DNA from: a virus
Lineage: Duplodnaviria > Heunggongvirae > Uroviricota > Caudoviricetes
IMG/VR virus record: IMGVR_UViG_2671180847_000008
Strand: one strand, 5' to 3'
Length of the DNA stretch: 46,714 bases
Below the pieces are notes generated by a model. That model was not told the DNA's origin. It ran no database searches and saw only the letters and a list, made by a program, of their open reading frames with translations. Shown here piece by piece: positions 8,836 through 18,125 of this stretch. The position numbers and the translations under genes are program-made. How positions within the stretch are numbered: the stretch's first letter is position 1; each line of letters begins with the position of its first letter.

Positions 8836-9096
8836 ATGCAATCACCATTACGGAATGTGCGTAAGGCGCACGGATTTACTTTGCAGCATGTTGCTGCGGG
8901 CGTTCAGGTCAATCCAGCGACGCTGAGTCGTATTGAAAGACTGGAACAAATTCCATCTATCGATCTTGCAGAACGTCTGGCCAATTTTTTTAAGGGTGAA
9001 ATCAGCGAAATGCAGATTCTTTATCCGGCACGTTTTCAATCTAGCCAAAACCAGAATGGGTTTAAACCACAGGAACAGGAGGTAAGCCGTGGGTAA
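8836..9096 (+). CDS. cro: Cro-like HTH repressor
   Basis: ATG with RBS GGAGG; HTH FTLQHVAAGVQVNPATLSRIE; divergent from cI. Confidence 0.85.
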   Translation: MQSPLRNVRKAHGFTLQHVAAGVQVNPATLSRIERLEQIPSIDLAERLANFFKGEISEMQILYPARFQSSQNQNGFKPQEQEVSRG

Positions 9097-9640
9097 GCAT
9101 CACTGGAAAGTGGAAAAACAGCCTGAGTGGTACGTGAAAGCTGTCAGAAAAACTATCGCGGCGTTGCCGGGGGGTTACGCTGAAGCTGCTGACTGGCTGG
9201 ATGTAACAGAGAACGCTTTATTCAACCGCCTTCGTGCAGATGGCGATCAGATTTTCCCGCTGGGATGGGCAATGGTTTTACAGCGCGCGGCTGGCACTCA
9301 CTACATTGCGGATGCTGTCGCACAGTCTGCTGGTGGGGTGTTCGTATCGCTTCCTGAAATTGAGGAAGTAGAGAACGCCGATATAAACCAGCGCCTGCTG
9401 GAAGTCATCGAACAGATCGGGAATTACTCAAAGCAGATTCGTTCGGCAATCGAAGATGGGGTCGTGGAGCCACACGAGCAGACAGCAATTAATGATGAGT
9501 TGTATCTGTCAATTTCGAAGCTCCAGGAACATGCAGCACTGGTCTACAAAATCTTCTGCGCTCCAGAAAAGAGTGACGCCCGCGAGTGTGCAGCTCCGGG
9601 CGTCGTGGCGTTTTGTGTCTGTGGAGAAACTAACGCATGA
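9089..9640 (+). CDS. Early regulatory protein of uncertain function, in the position of cII
   Basis: GTG start with RBS AGGAGG 8 nt upstream; 183 aa; immediately downstream of cro. Confidence 0.6.
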   Translation: MGKHHWKVEKQPEWYVKAVRKTIAALPGGYAEAADWLDVTENALFNRLRADGDQIFPLGWAMVLQRAAGTHYIADAVAQSAGGVFVSLPEIEEVENADINQRLLEVIEQIGNYSKQIRSAIEDGVVEPHEQTAINDELYLSISKLQEHAALVYKIFCAPEKSDARECAAPGVVAFCVCGETNA

Positions 9641-9785
9641 ACAGTTTAACGGCAAATAACCGTTTGTCGCAACAGCTGGTGGTCAGTGTCGCTGAACACC
9701 TGTTGTTACGGCATGAATGCAGATTACCAAATCACCTGGCTGTAAGTAACCACAGAGAACTTTACCTGACTGTGGGGGGCGAGTT

Positions 9786-9965
9786 GTGCAGGAACTTAAC
9801 CGCTGGTTTCGTGACGGAAGAGGGCTTTATGTCCATGTTATTCGTTGGGAACCAGAAACACAGCGCGTTATCTATCTTCGCAAAGACTACCCGCATGAGT
9901 GCTTTAGTCCTTTGTGGAAATTCAGGCGTGATTTTGTTGAGTGTGAAGGACCACCAGCACATTGA
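9786..9965 (+). CDS. Candidate small ORF (59 aa) in a different frame from the 383-aa track ORF
   Basis: GTG start preceded by a G-rich RBS; protein-like translation (NRWFRDGRGLYVHVIRWEPETQRVIYLRKDYPHECFSPLWKFRRDFVECEGPPAH); followed by a terminator. Confidence 0.3.
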   Translation: MQELNRWFRDGRGLYVHVIRWEPETQRVIYLRKDYPHECFSPLWKFRRDFVECEGPPAH

Positions 9966-10050
9966 TTCTGCCATTCCGGGACGTTACACTGTTCAGGCAC
10001 CTTATAAAACGGGTGCCGGGCGTGGAAACCCGGAATTCACCAAAGCGCAC

Positions 10051-10074
10051 AACCGCGCTCTTGCGGTTTTTTTG
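10051..10074 (+). terminator. Rho-independent terminator inside the early-right operon (tR1-like)
   Basis: AACCGC-GCTCTT-GCGGTT hairpin followed by TTTTTTT. Confidence 0.65.
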
Positions 10075-10242
10075 TGTCATGAGCAGCATTACGCCCAAAT
10101 TATGGTGGGGCGTGCAGGGCCAACTTCGGTTGGGCCGGGTTCTTTGGTGACCGGTATTTCCACCCCTGTACGTCTCACCACCAATAAGGTCGTGGAAAGC
10201 CTTGGTGGTGAGTTATTAAAAATCACCAAAGAGGCTGCCATC

Positions 10243-10788
10243 ATGGCTACGATCCCAACCCTCACTCAACCTGAAATTGCCATCGTTGATGGTCAGGCTG
10301 TTACTTCATCCCTGGCTGTTGCCAACTTCTTCTCCAAACGTCATGACGATGTACTGAAAAAGATCCGCACGCTTGAATGCTCAGCATCATTCACTGCCCG
10401 CAATTTTTCGGTGAGTGATTACACTGATTGCACAGGTCGCAAACTTCCTTGCTACCAAATAACCCGCGACGGCTTTGCGTTTCTTGCTATGGGTTTCACG
10501 GGTAAACGTGCTGCCCAGTTCAAAGAGGCATACATCAATGCCTTTAACCAGATGGAGAAACAGCTTTCAAATCCCTCTGTACTGAGCGACGTTGCACATA
10601 ACGCCAGCGTTCTCTATTCCTACATTTCATCAATTCATCAGGTCTGGCTGCAGCAGCTTTATCCTATGTTGGCAAAAGCCGAATCTCCGCTGGCTGTTAG
10701 CTTGTATGACTATATTAATGATGCTTCGGCACTGGCCTGCCTCATAAATTTGTCGCTGAACCCTTCAGAGGTAAGGGGGCGCAAATGA
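10243..10788 (+). CDS. Rha-family phage regulatory protein (antirepressor-like)
   Basis: ATG with RBS AAAGAGG; Rha-domain-like N-terminus (TIPTLTQPEIAIVDGQAVTSSLAVANFFSKRHDDVLKKIR); the upstream 200 codons of the track ORF are judged non-coding. Confidence 0.75.
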   Translation: MATIPTLTQPEIAIVDGQAVTSSLAVANFFSKRHDDVLKKIRTLECSASFTARNFSVSDYTDCTGRKLPCYQITRDGFAFLAMGFTGKRAAQFKEAYINAFNQMEKQLSNPSVLSDVAHNASVLYSYISSIHQVWLQQLYPMLAKAESPLAVSLYDYINDASALACLINLSLNPSEVRGRK

Positions 10789-11009
10789 TCCGGAATATTT
10801 TCAAACGGTTTACCAATCAGACTTTCCGTTGTCCTCGTCCGGGTCAGTGGTACACCACACCTGCAGGGCATGTTCTACGTGTTAGCCTGGTTGACCGTGA
10901 ATGTCAGAAGGTGATTTGTGAACCGCTGGGCCGTAATTACCGCGTCAGTATGCCGCTTATAGCCTTTCGCTCCGGAAAAAACATGAAGCATCTCGGAGGT
11001 GCAGCATGA
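10785..11009 (+). CDS. Small hypothetical protein (74 aa)
   Basis: ATGA overlaps at both ends (translational coupling). Confidence 0.55.
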   Translation: MIRNIFKRFTNQTFRCPRPGQWYTTPAGHVLRVSLVDRECQKVICEPLGRNYRVSMPLIAFRSGKNMKHLGGAA

Positions 11010-11824
11010 GTATGGAGCTGATGGTTAAAGCGATGAAAATTCGAGTGGGTAATCCATTGCGAAAACTGGTTCTGATCAAGCTGGCTGATAATGCCAGCGA
11101 TCAGGGTGAGTGCTGGCCCAGCTACCAGCATATTGCTGACCAGTGCGAGATTAGCAAACGTTCTGTGATGAATCATATTGCGGCCCTTTGTGAGTCCGGG
11201 CTGGTAAAAAAAGTCACCCGGAAAGGTGAAAAAGGTAACTCAAGTAATATCTATCTCCTTCATCTGGATGGTGCAGGAGATTCACTAGGGGGTAGTGCAA
11301 ATAATTCACTATCTGGTGCAGCAAATTCACCAGGTAGTGCAGGAGTTGCACCAGGGGGTAGTGCAGGAGATTCACCCAGAACCAGTCACTCTTTTGAACC
11401 AGTCAAAGAACCAGTCAATGAACCAATAGCTGTTGGTGCATCAGTTGATGAGTCCGTGCGAGTTCGTTCAAACCGACCGGAATACTCTCCGGAGTTTGAG
11501 CAGGCATGGCTGGCATATCCCAAACGTGCTGGTGGCAATTCAAAATCTGCAGCCTTCAAAGCCTGGAAAGCCCGTTTGAATGAGGGGGTAAACCCCGAAA
11601 CCATGCTGGAAGGTGTGAAACGCTACGCGGGCTGGGTATCTGCGATGGGTAACAGCGGCACACAATTTGTGAAACAGGCTGTCACGTTCTTTGGTCCGGA
11701 TCGTCATTTCGAAGAATTCTGGGAAGTTCCTGCGGTATCTGCAGCCAGACGCGAGGACCCGTACTTCAAAGCCAGTTACGACAACGTGGACTACAGCCAG
11801 ATCCCGGCAGGATTCAGGGGGTGA
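11006..11824 (+). CDS. Replication initiator-like protein (N-terminal winged HTH)
   Basis: HTH region CWPSYQHIADQCEISKRSVMNHIAALCESGLVKK; internal iteron-like repeats; position equivalent to lambda O. Confidence 0.7.
   Translation: MSMELMVKAMKIRVGNPLRKLVLIKLADNASDQGECWPSYQHIADQCEISKRSVMNHIAALCESGLVKKVTRKGEKGNSSNIYLLHLDGAGDSLGGSANNSLSGAANSPGSAGVAPGGSAGDSPRTSHSFEPVKEPVNEPIAVGASVDESVRVRSNRPEYSPEFEQAWLAYPKRAGGNSKSAAFKAWKARLNEGVNPETMLEGVKRYAGWVSAMGNSGTQFVKQAVTFFGPDRHFEEFWEVPAVSAARREDPYFKASYDNVDYSQIPAGFRG
11270..11430. repeat. Iteron-like direct repeats inside the replication gene (candidate ori)
   Basis: Four to five ~21-24 bp repeats GGTGCAGGAGATTCAC / GGTAGTGCA..., then three to four GAACCAGTCA repeats at 11381-11430. 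Confidence 0.6.
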
Positions 11825-11826
11825 TC

Positions 11827-12315
11827 ATGAGTCTTTTGAATGAAGTTCAGAAATTCATTGAAGCCCATCCGGGGTGTACTTCCGGAGACATTGCGGATGC
11901 TTTTGCAGGTTACTCACGGCAGCGCGTTCTGCAGTCAGCAAGCAAGTTACGTCAGAGTGGGCGTGTGGCTCACCGTTGTGAAGGAGATACACGCAGACAT
12001 TTCCCACGCCTGACTGAGAGAGCGCAGGAGCCGGAACCACAACCAGTTCGTGAAACCAGACCTGTGCGCAATTTCTATGTCGGCACTAACGACCCGCGGG
12101 TGATTTTGTGCCTGACCCGCCAGGCGGAAGAACTGGAGTCCAGGGGCTTATACCGTCGTGCTGCAACGGTGTGGATGGCGGCATTCCGTGAAAGCCACTC
12201 CCAGCCAGAACGAAACAATTTTCTGGCGCGTCGTGAGCAGTGTTTACGGAAAAGCAGCAAGCGCGCTGCATCGGGTGAAGAGTGGTATCTGTCAGGGAAT
12301 TACGTGGGGGCTTAA
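11827..12315 (+). CDS. PerC-like transcriptional activator family protein
   Basis: C-terminal GLYRRAATVWMAAFRE resembles the PerC motif; RBS AGGGGG; start at the second Met. Confidence 0.5.
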   Translation: MSLLNEVQKFIEAHPGCTSGDIADAFAGYSRQRVLQSASKLRQSGRVAHRCEGDTRRHFPRLTERAQEPEPQPVRETRPVRNFYVGTNDPRVILCLTRQAEELESRGLYRRAATVWMAAFRESHSQPERNNFLARREQCLRKSSKRAASGEEWYLSGNYVGA

Positions 12316-12968
12316 TGAGTAATAAATATTGCCAGGCGCTGGTGGAACTGCGGAATAAACCAGCCCATGAACTGAAGGAAGTGGGCGATCAGTGGCGCAC
12401 GCCGGATAACATTTTCTGGGGAATTAACACCCTGTTTGGTCCGTTTGTTCTGGATCTGTTCACTGACGGTGATAACGCCAAATGTGCCGCGTATTACACG
12501 GCGGAAGACAACGCGCTGGCGCATGACTGGTCAGAACGTCTTGCGGAGCTTAAAGGTGCTGCCTTTGGTAATCCCCCATACAGCCGCGCCAGTCAGCATG
12601 AGGGGCAATACATCACCGGCATGCGTTACATCATGAAGCATGCCAGTGCCATGCGTGATAAAGGCGGGCGCTATGTTTTCCTGATCAAAGCTGCCACCAG
12701 CGAAGTGTGGTGGCCGGAAGATGCAGATCATATTGCTTTTATTCGCGGGCGTATTGGTTTTGAACTGCCTGCCTGGTTTATCCCGAAGGATGAGAAGCAG
12801 GTGCCGACAGGTGCGTTCTTCGCTGGTGCTATTGCTGTTTTCGACAAGACCTGGAAGGGACCGGCAATCAGCTACATCGGGCGCGATGAACTTGAGGCAT
12901 GTGGTGAGGCCTTTCTGGCGCAGGTTCGCCAGCAGGCAGAAAAACTGGTCAGGGAGATGGCGGCATGA
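12315..12968 (+). CDS. Phage Dam-like N6-adenine DNA methyltransferase
   Basis: NPPY catalytic motif (GNPPYS); TAATG overlap with the upstream gene. Confidence 0.8.
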   Translation: MSNKYCQALVELRNKPAHELKEVGDQWRTPDNIFWGINTLFGPFVLDLFTDGDNAKCAAYYTAEDNALAHDWSERLAELKGAAFGNPPYSRASQHEGQYITGMRYIMKHASAMRDKGGRYVFLIKAATSEVWWPEDADHIAFIRGRIGFELPAWFIPKDEKQVPTGAFFAGAIAVFDKTWKGPAISYIGRDELEACGEAFLAQVRQQAEKLVREMAA

Positions 12969-13291
12969 CGACGTTAACTCAATGCCAGCAGCAGGTGCTG
13001 GATATGCTGATTTCTTATCAGAAAGAACGTGGCTTCCCGCCAACCAATCAGGAGGTGGCAACCATGCTGGGATACCGTTCAGTGAATGCAGCGGTGGAGC
13101 ATCTTCGCGCACTGGAGAAAAAAGGCGTCATCACGATAAAGCGTGGCGTGGCCCGGGGGATAACGCTTCATACCGCGGTGAAGGACGACGACAGCGAGGC
13201 GGTCGGGATTATCCGCGCACTGCTTGCCGGTGAGGAAAACGCAAGGCTGCGTGCAACCCACTGGTTACATGAGAGGGACCTGAAAGTATGA
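12965..13291 (+). CDS. LexA N-terminal DNA-binding-domain homologue lacking the peptidase domain
   Basis: Aligns with E. coli LexA residues 1-70 (MKALTARQQEVFDLI...[34 protein letters not shown]); only 108 aa, no S24 domain. Confidence 0.75.
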   Translation: MTTLTQCQQQVLDMLISYQKERGFPPTNQEVATMLGYRSVNAAVEHLRALEKKGVITIKRGVARGITLHTAVKDDDSEAVGIIRALLAGEENARLRATHWLHERDLKV

Positions 13292-13677
13292 AGCTGATCC
13301 TGCCTTTTCCGCCCAGCGTGAACACGTATTGGCGACACCCCAACAAAGGGGCGTTTGCTGGTAAGAGCCTGATAAGCTCGGCGGGGCGAAAATTCCAGAG
13401 CGCGGCGTGCGCAGCAATAGTTGAGCAGTTACGTCGTCTGCCGAAACCAACGTCGGCACCTGCTTCAGTGGAGATCGTGTTGTTTCCTCCGGATAACCGG
13501 ATCCGCGATCTGGACAACTATAACAAGGCGCTGTTTGACGCCCTGACCCATGCGGGTGTGTGGGAAGACGACAGTCAGGTGAAAAGAATGCTGGTGGAGT
13601 GGGGACCGGTTATCCCGAAAGGGAAGGTCGAGATCACTATCAGTAAGTACGAGAAAACGGCGGGTGCAGCCGCCTGA
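13288..13677 (+). CDS. rusA: RusA Holliday-junction resolvase
   Basis: MKLILPFPPSVNTYWR N-terminus and DLDNYNKALFDALTHAGVWEDD catalytic region; ATGA overlap. Confidence 0.9.
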   Translation: MKLILPFPPSVNTYWRHPNKGAFAGKSLISSAGRKFQSAACAAIVEQLRRLPKPTSAPASVEIVLFPPDNRIRDLDNYNKALFDALTHAGVWEDDSQVKRMLVEWGPVIPKGKVEITISKYEKTAGAAA

Positions 13678-13696
13678 TCAAGAGGAGAAACGAAGT

Positions 13697-14506
13697 ATGA
13701 ATAATCTGATGGTCATTGATGGTATTGAAGTTCGTCGTGATGCTTATGGGCGTTACAGCCTGAACGATCTGCATCGCGCAGCAGTAGCATCTGGTGCAAA
13801 TGCCAGAACCAAGGAGCCGGGAAAGTTTCTTTCCAGCCAACAAACTGTTGAGCTTGTTCATGAATTGACCAACACCCAGAATTTGGGTGTTGACCCGGTG
13901 AGTGTGATTCATGGGGGAAATGAACGGGGAACGTATGTCTGCAAGGAACTGGTGTATGCCTATGCAATGTGGATCAGCCCGTCATTCCATCTGAAGGTGA
14001 TCCGTACTTTCGATATGGTAACCAGCGCACCGGAAAAATTATCCGGACAGGCTGCTGACAAGATGCAGGCTGGCGTGATCCTGCTGGACTTTATGCGCCG
14101 GGAGTTAAACCTGTCTAACTCTTCAGTGCTTGGTGCTTGTCAGAAACTCCAGGAGGCTGTTGGCTTACCGAATCTGGCACCGCGCTATGCCATTGATGCT
14201 CCTGCTGATGCACACGATGGCTCAAGTCGCCCGACACTGTCACTGAGCGCACTGCTGAAACAGTATGGTATACGCCTGACGGCTAATCAGGCATATCACC
14301 AGATGGTGAAACTGGGGATCGTCGAGCAGCGCGAACGATACAGCCGTACCGCGATTAACAACATCAAAAAATTCTGGTCGCTGACAGCGAAAGGTTGCAT
14401 GTTCGGCAAGAACATCACCAGTCCCGCAAATCCGCGCGAGACGCAGCCGCATTTCTTCGAATCCCGATTCCCTGAGCTGTTAAAGCTGCTCGATACCGTT
14501 CATTGA
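13697..14506 (+). CDS. KilA-N domain protein (antirepressor-like)
   Basis: Start MNNLMVIDG with RBS GAGGAG; KilA-N-like N-terminus (VRRDAYGRYSLNDLHRAA...KELVYAYAMWISPSFHLKV). Confidence 0.75.
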   Translation: MNNLMVIDGIEVRRDAYGRYSLNDLHRAAVASGANARTKEPGKFLSSQQTVELVHELTNTQNLGVDPVSVIHGGNERGTYVCKELVYAYAMWISPSFHLKVIRTFDMVTSAPEKLSGQAADKMQAGVILLDFMRRELNLSNSSVLGACQKLQEAVGLPNLAPRYAIDAPADAHDGSSRPTLSLSALLKQYGIRLTANQAYHQMVKLGIVEQRERYSRTAINNIKKFWSLTAKGCMFGKNITSPANPRETQPHFFESRFPELLKLLDTVH

Positions 14507-14507
14507 G

Positions 14508-15503
14508 GTGACCGTGAGAGCGCTACTGACCCCTGAAATTGCCCCGCGTATGGGGATCGTATTGTTCAGGCCAGGTTCAGAGCTGATGCCCCTGTTTATG
14601 CAGGGGCGTGTCCTGCTGGAGCCTGAGCCGGAGCGTTATTCATCTTTCGCCAGTGGTGCCGTTCCGGCGGCATCACAACCGCTGGCGGATGATCTTGCCG
14701 TTCGGGCCGTGTTCCGCAATGAGGCAGTGATCCGTCGTGCTGGTGGCGTGGAATGTCTTGAAAGCTGGTTACTTCGTGAAAAAGGCTGCCAGTGGCCTCA
14801 TTCCGACTGGCACAGCGAGAACATGACCACAATGCGACACGCTCCGGGTGCAATCCGTCTGTGCTGGCACTGCGATAACCAGCTGCGCGATCAGTTCACG
14901 GAACGGCTGGAATCAATGGCAACGGATAACTGTGCCCGCTGGGTGTTGTCTGTTGTGCGTCGGGATCTCGGTTTTGATGACAGTCACGTTGTGACAATGC
15001 CGGAACTGTGCTGGTGGCTGATTCGTAATGATCTGGCGGATGCCTTACCGGAAAGTGCAGCCCGTAAGGCACTGAGATTACCGAAGCCTGTTGTGCCGTC
15101 TGTTACCCGGGAAAGTGACCTTGTGCCTTCGGTTCCTGCCACCAGCATCATCCAGGATAAGGCGAAAAAGGTGCTGGCGCTGAAAGTGGATCCGGAGTCG
15201 CCGGAGTCTTTTATGTTACGCCCAAAACGTCGCCGCTGGGTTAATGAAAAGTACACGCGCTGGGTTAAGACACAGCCGTGTGCATGTTGTGGAAAGCCCG
15301 CTGATGATCCCCACCACCTGATAGGTCACGGTCAGGGTGGAATGGGAACAAAAGCGCATGACCTTTTTGTGTTGCCTTTGTGCAGAAAGCATCACGACGA
15401 GCTGCATGCGGATACCGTGGCATTTGAAGAGAAGTATGGCTCCCAGCTGGAGCTGATATTTCGTTTTATCGATCGTGCGCTGGCAATTGGCGTGCTGGCC
15501 TGA
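14508..15503 (+). CDS. DUF968-family protein with HNH-like Cys/His motif
   Basis: [21 protein letters not shown]...CRKHHDELH near the C-terminus; start codon uncertain (GTG at 14508). Confidence 0.65.
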   Translation: MTVRALLTPEIAPRMGIVLFRPGSELMPLFMQGRVLLEPEPERYSSFASGAVPAASQPLADDLAVRAVFRNEAVIRRAGGVECLESWLLREKGCQWPHSDWHSENMTTMRHAPGAIRLCWHCDNQLRDQFTERLESMATDNCARWVLSVVRRDLGFDDSHVVTMPELCWWLIRNDLADALPESAARKALRLPKPVVPSVTRESDLVPSVPATSIIQDKAKKVLALKVDPESPESFMLRPKRRRWVNEKYTRWVKTQPCACCGKPADDPHHLIGHGQGGMGTKAHDLFVLPLCRKHHDELHADTVAFEEKYGSQLELIFRFIDRALAIGVLA

Positions 15504-15520
15504 TTTTGTGGAGAAAGTTG

Positions 15521-15886
15521 ATGCGTGATATTCAAATGGTTCTTGAACGTTGGGGGGCATGGGTGGCAAATAATCACGAGGATGTCACTTGGTCGTCTAT
15601 TGCTGCAGGATTTAAAGGACTAATCCCTTCAAAAGTAAAATCCCGCCCGCAATGTTGTGACGATGACGCGATGATCATTTGTGGATGCATGGCTCGCCTG
15701 AAAAAGAACAACAGCGATTTGCACGATTTATTAGTGGATTATTATGTAGGTGGTATGACGTTTATGGCGCTTGCCCGTAAACATGGGCGTTCTGATTGCT
15801 GGGTTGGGCGTTTATTGCAAAAGGCTGAAGGTGTAGTTGATGGCATGTTAATGATGTTAGAAATTGAGCTAGAGATGGATCGTTAG
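15521..15886 (+). CDS. quuD: Late-gene antiterminator Q (QuuD-like)
   Basis: [22 protein letters not shown]...[16 protein letters not shown] recalled as the DLP12 QuuD family; RBS GGAG. Confidence 0.8.
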   Translation: MRDIQMVLERWGAWVANNHEDVTWSSIAAGFKGLIPSKVKSRPQCCDDDAMIICGCMARLKKNNSDLHDLLVDYYVGGMTFMALARKHGRSDCWVGRLLQKAEGVVDGMLMMLEIELEMDR

Positions 15887-15928
15887 AAGACCTCTTATTG
15901 AGAGGGTAATTGAATCAGTTTAATGTGT

Positions 15929-15958
15929 GGGGAGTCGATTTATTCTCCCCATTTTATT
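15929..15958 (+). terminator. Terminator hairpin just downstream of Q
   Basis: GGGGAG-N10-CTCCCC followed by ATTTTATTT. Confidence 0.55.
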
Positions 15959-15970
15959 TAATTAATTTAC

Positions 15971-16417
15971 TTAAGGTTTTAATTCATCAAGACGTTGTTG
16001 GATAGTGTTTTTGCTTGCGTTGTCTGTTATAGCCATTTGTTGTACTTGCCCCATTGCCATTTGAGTTTCCATCCACATATCGGCCCACACTTTTGTATCG
16101 TTATTAACTTGAGCGATAGTAAATCTGACTTTTGATACCGGGGTTGTTGAATAGGCATTGCCGATTAACATTTGTCCAAAAACAGCAGACCCGCCTTCCA
16201 GTTCTTTACCACATATAACACTGCTGTTATCCGCGTTGTAAATTATCAACCCTCTACTATTGCAGTAATTCACAAGGGCATCTTTGACTTTATCTTTTGT
16301 CGTATTTTGATAAACCCCCTCAGGTTTTCCTGATTGAGTTTTCTTTATCAATGGTACGGAAGAAGTACAACCTGAAATGATAGTTGCGCTAAGTAATAGT
16401 ACAGTCATTTTATTCAT
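15971..16417 (-). CDS. Lipoprotein of unknown function (moron), antisense to the late operon
   Basis: Signal peptide with lipobox LLSATIISGC; AT-rich; candidate promoter TTGATT-N17-ATAATT on the minus strand (16479-16451). Confidence 0.7.
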   Translation of the reverse strand: MNKMTVLLLSATIISGCTSSVPLIKKTQSGKPEGVYQNTTKDKVKDALVNYCNSRGLIIYNADNSSVICGKELEGGSAVFGQMLIGNAYSTTPVSKVRFTIAQVNNDTKVWADMWMETQMAMGQVQQMAITDNASKNTIQQRLDELKP

Positions 16418-16482
16418 GTTTCTTATCCATTGTTAAGGGCATACCTACACAATTATTTTTATTGGAGATGAATAATCAACCG

Positions 16483-16510
16483 TTTACAATCGTAAAAAAT
16501 CAAATATGCT
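16483..16510 (+). promoter_or_regulatory. Candidate rightward sigma70 promoter (possible late promoter); speculative
   Basis: TTTACA-N16-TATGCT, about 35 nt upstream of a hairpin/T-tract. Confidence 0.25.
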
Positions 16511-16543
16511 GTTAAGAGTGGTTACTTCGCCACACAACTTAAA

Positions 16544-16566
16544 CCCGCCGCTGAGCGGTTTTTTTG
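16544..16566 (+). terminator. Weak rho-independent terminator
   Basis: Short GC stem (GCCGC-TGA-GCGGT) followed by seven T. Confidence 0.4.
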
Positions 16567-16687
16567 TACCTGTAAACTTGGTGCAGTACAGTAAACACGC
16601 TGGTGGTCGTGAATACTGACTTTTTATCTTGCTGGCTTTTTAGACAAGAGTTATTGGTATGTCATGTTAACCAGAAGGGAAAAAGAC

Positions 16688-16891
16688 ATGCTAAAACAGC
16701 AAGATATGACAGAAACCGCCGCCGCAGTCCTTCATTTCTTACCTGCTGACAAGTGGGTAACGCCACGCATGATGACGAGAACTACCGGAGTAAGCGAAGC
16801 CCGGTGCCAGTTAATACTGACTCAGTTAGTTCTGGCGGGTCTGGCGAAGGATAACGGTGGGTACGGGAATAAATTCAGACGCTGCCAGTAA
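16688..16891 (+). CDS. Small hypothetical protein, possibly winged-helix DNA-binding
   Basis: ATG at 16688 (MLKQQDM) with a purine-rich RBS; the track ORF begins 24 nt earlier. Confidence 0.45.
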   Translation: MLKQQDMTETAAAVLHFLPADKWVTPRMMTRTTGVSEARCQLILTQLVLAGLAKDNGGYGNKFRRCQ

Positions 16892-17041
16892 TGGCGGTTT
16901 CCTGCTGTGAAAATGGGCGGCTGGTGGGTGTTGGTAGCACCTGCCAGCCATTCGCTCATGCTTACTGGTCACAAGCGAACCACGGCCCACTGCTTTAGCG
17001 CAAAAGCAGAGTGAGCCTACCAGAGTTACGCTTACTGATCC

Positions 17042-18094
17042 ATGAAAAATACTGTAAAAATAAACAGTGTTGATTTAATCAACGCTGATTGCCTGCATTT
17101 TATTCAGTCCCTGCCTGATGATTCCATTGACCTGATTGTTACCGATCCGCCGTACTTCAAGGTGAAACCCAACGGCTGGGACAATCAGTGGAAAGGGGAC
17201 GAAGATTACCTTAAGTGGCTGGACCACTGTCTGGCCCAGTTCTGGCGGGTGTTAAAACCTGCCGGAAGCCTTTACCTGTTCTGTGGGCATCGCCTGGCAT
17301 CTGATATTGAGATCATGATGCGCGAACGTTTCAACGTGCTTAACCATATCATCTGGGCGAAGCCGTCCGGACGTTGGAATGGGTGTAATAAAGAAAGTCT
17401 GCGCGCATATTTTCCTGCCACAGAGCGCGTTCTGTTTGCTGAACATTACCAGGGGCCATATCGCGGCAAAAGTGACGGCTATGCGGCAAAAGAAAGGGAA
17501 CTCAAACAGCACATAATGGCACCGCTGATATCGTATTTCAGGGATGCTCGTGCCGCACTGGGTATAACGGCAAAACAAATTGCCGAAGCCACAGGTAAGA
17601 AAAATATGGTTTCCCACTGGTTTGGTGCCAGTCAGTGGCAGTTGCCGAATGAGGCTGACTATCGGAAGTTACAGGCACTGTTTTCCCGTATAGCGGCAGA
17701 GAAGTTTCAGGAACAACAACTGGAACAACCACACCACCAGCTGGTGGCATCTTATGATTCACTGAATCGTAAATATTCTGAATTGCTGGATGAGTTTAAA
17801 TCTCTCCGGCGTTATTTCTCCGTATCAGTCTCCGTGCCTTATACCGATGTCTGGATGCATAAACCCGTTCAGTTCTACCCGGGTAAACATCCGTGTGAGA
17901 AACCGGCGGATATGCTCAGGCAAATAATCAATGCCAGTAGTCGACCTGGTGATCTGGTTGCTGATTTTTTTATGGGATCCGGTTCCACAATAAAAGCAGC
18001 AATGGCGCTGGGGCGTCGGGCCTTAGGTGTTGAGCTTGAGTCAGAGCGGTTTAACCAGACAGTGAAAGAGATAAACGAGCTGGTGGGGAAATAA
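17042..18094 (+). CDS. Orphan DNA methyltransferase (N6-adenine or N4-cytosine class)
   Basis: DPPY motif (VTDPPYF) and AdoMet-binding FxGxG (FFMGSGST); no adjacent endonuclease gene. Confidence 0.85.
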
Positions 18095-18100
18095 TCTGGT

Positions 18101-18125
18101 GGCCACGTCAGGTGGCCTTTTTATT
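18101..18125 (+). terminator. Terminator immediately upstream of the lysis cassette
   Basis: GGCCAC-GTCAG-GTGGCC hairpin followed by TTTTTATTT. Confidence 0.6.

Noticed and set aside
9637-10788. 383-aa ORF read as a single gene
   Set aside because: N-terminal 200 codons have non-protein-like composition, an internal terminator hairpin lies at 10051-10074, and the Rha domain has its own RBS and ATG at 10243.
12531-13112. 193-aa minus-strand ORF
   Set aside because: Antisense to the well-supported Dam-like and LexA-DBD genes; no RBS.
15898-15926. TTGAGA-N17-TAATGT as the late promoter directly after Q
   Set aside because: The predicted start would fall inside the stem of the adjacent hairpin (15929-15950), so the promoter/terminator geometry is inconsistent; the late promoter location is left unresolved.
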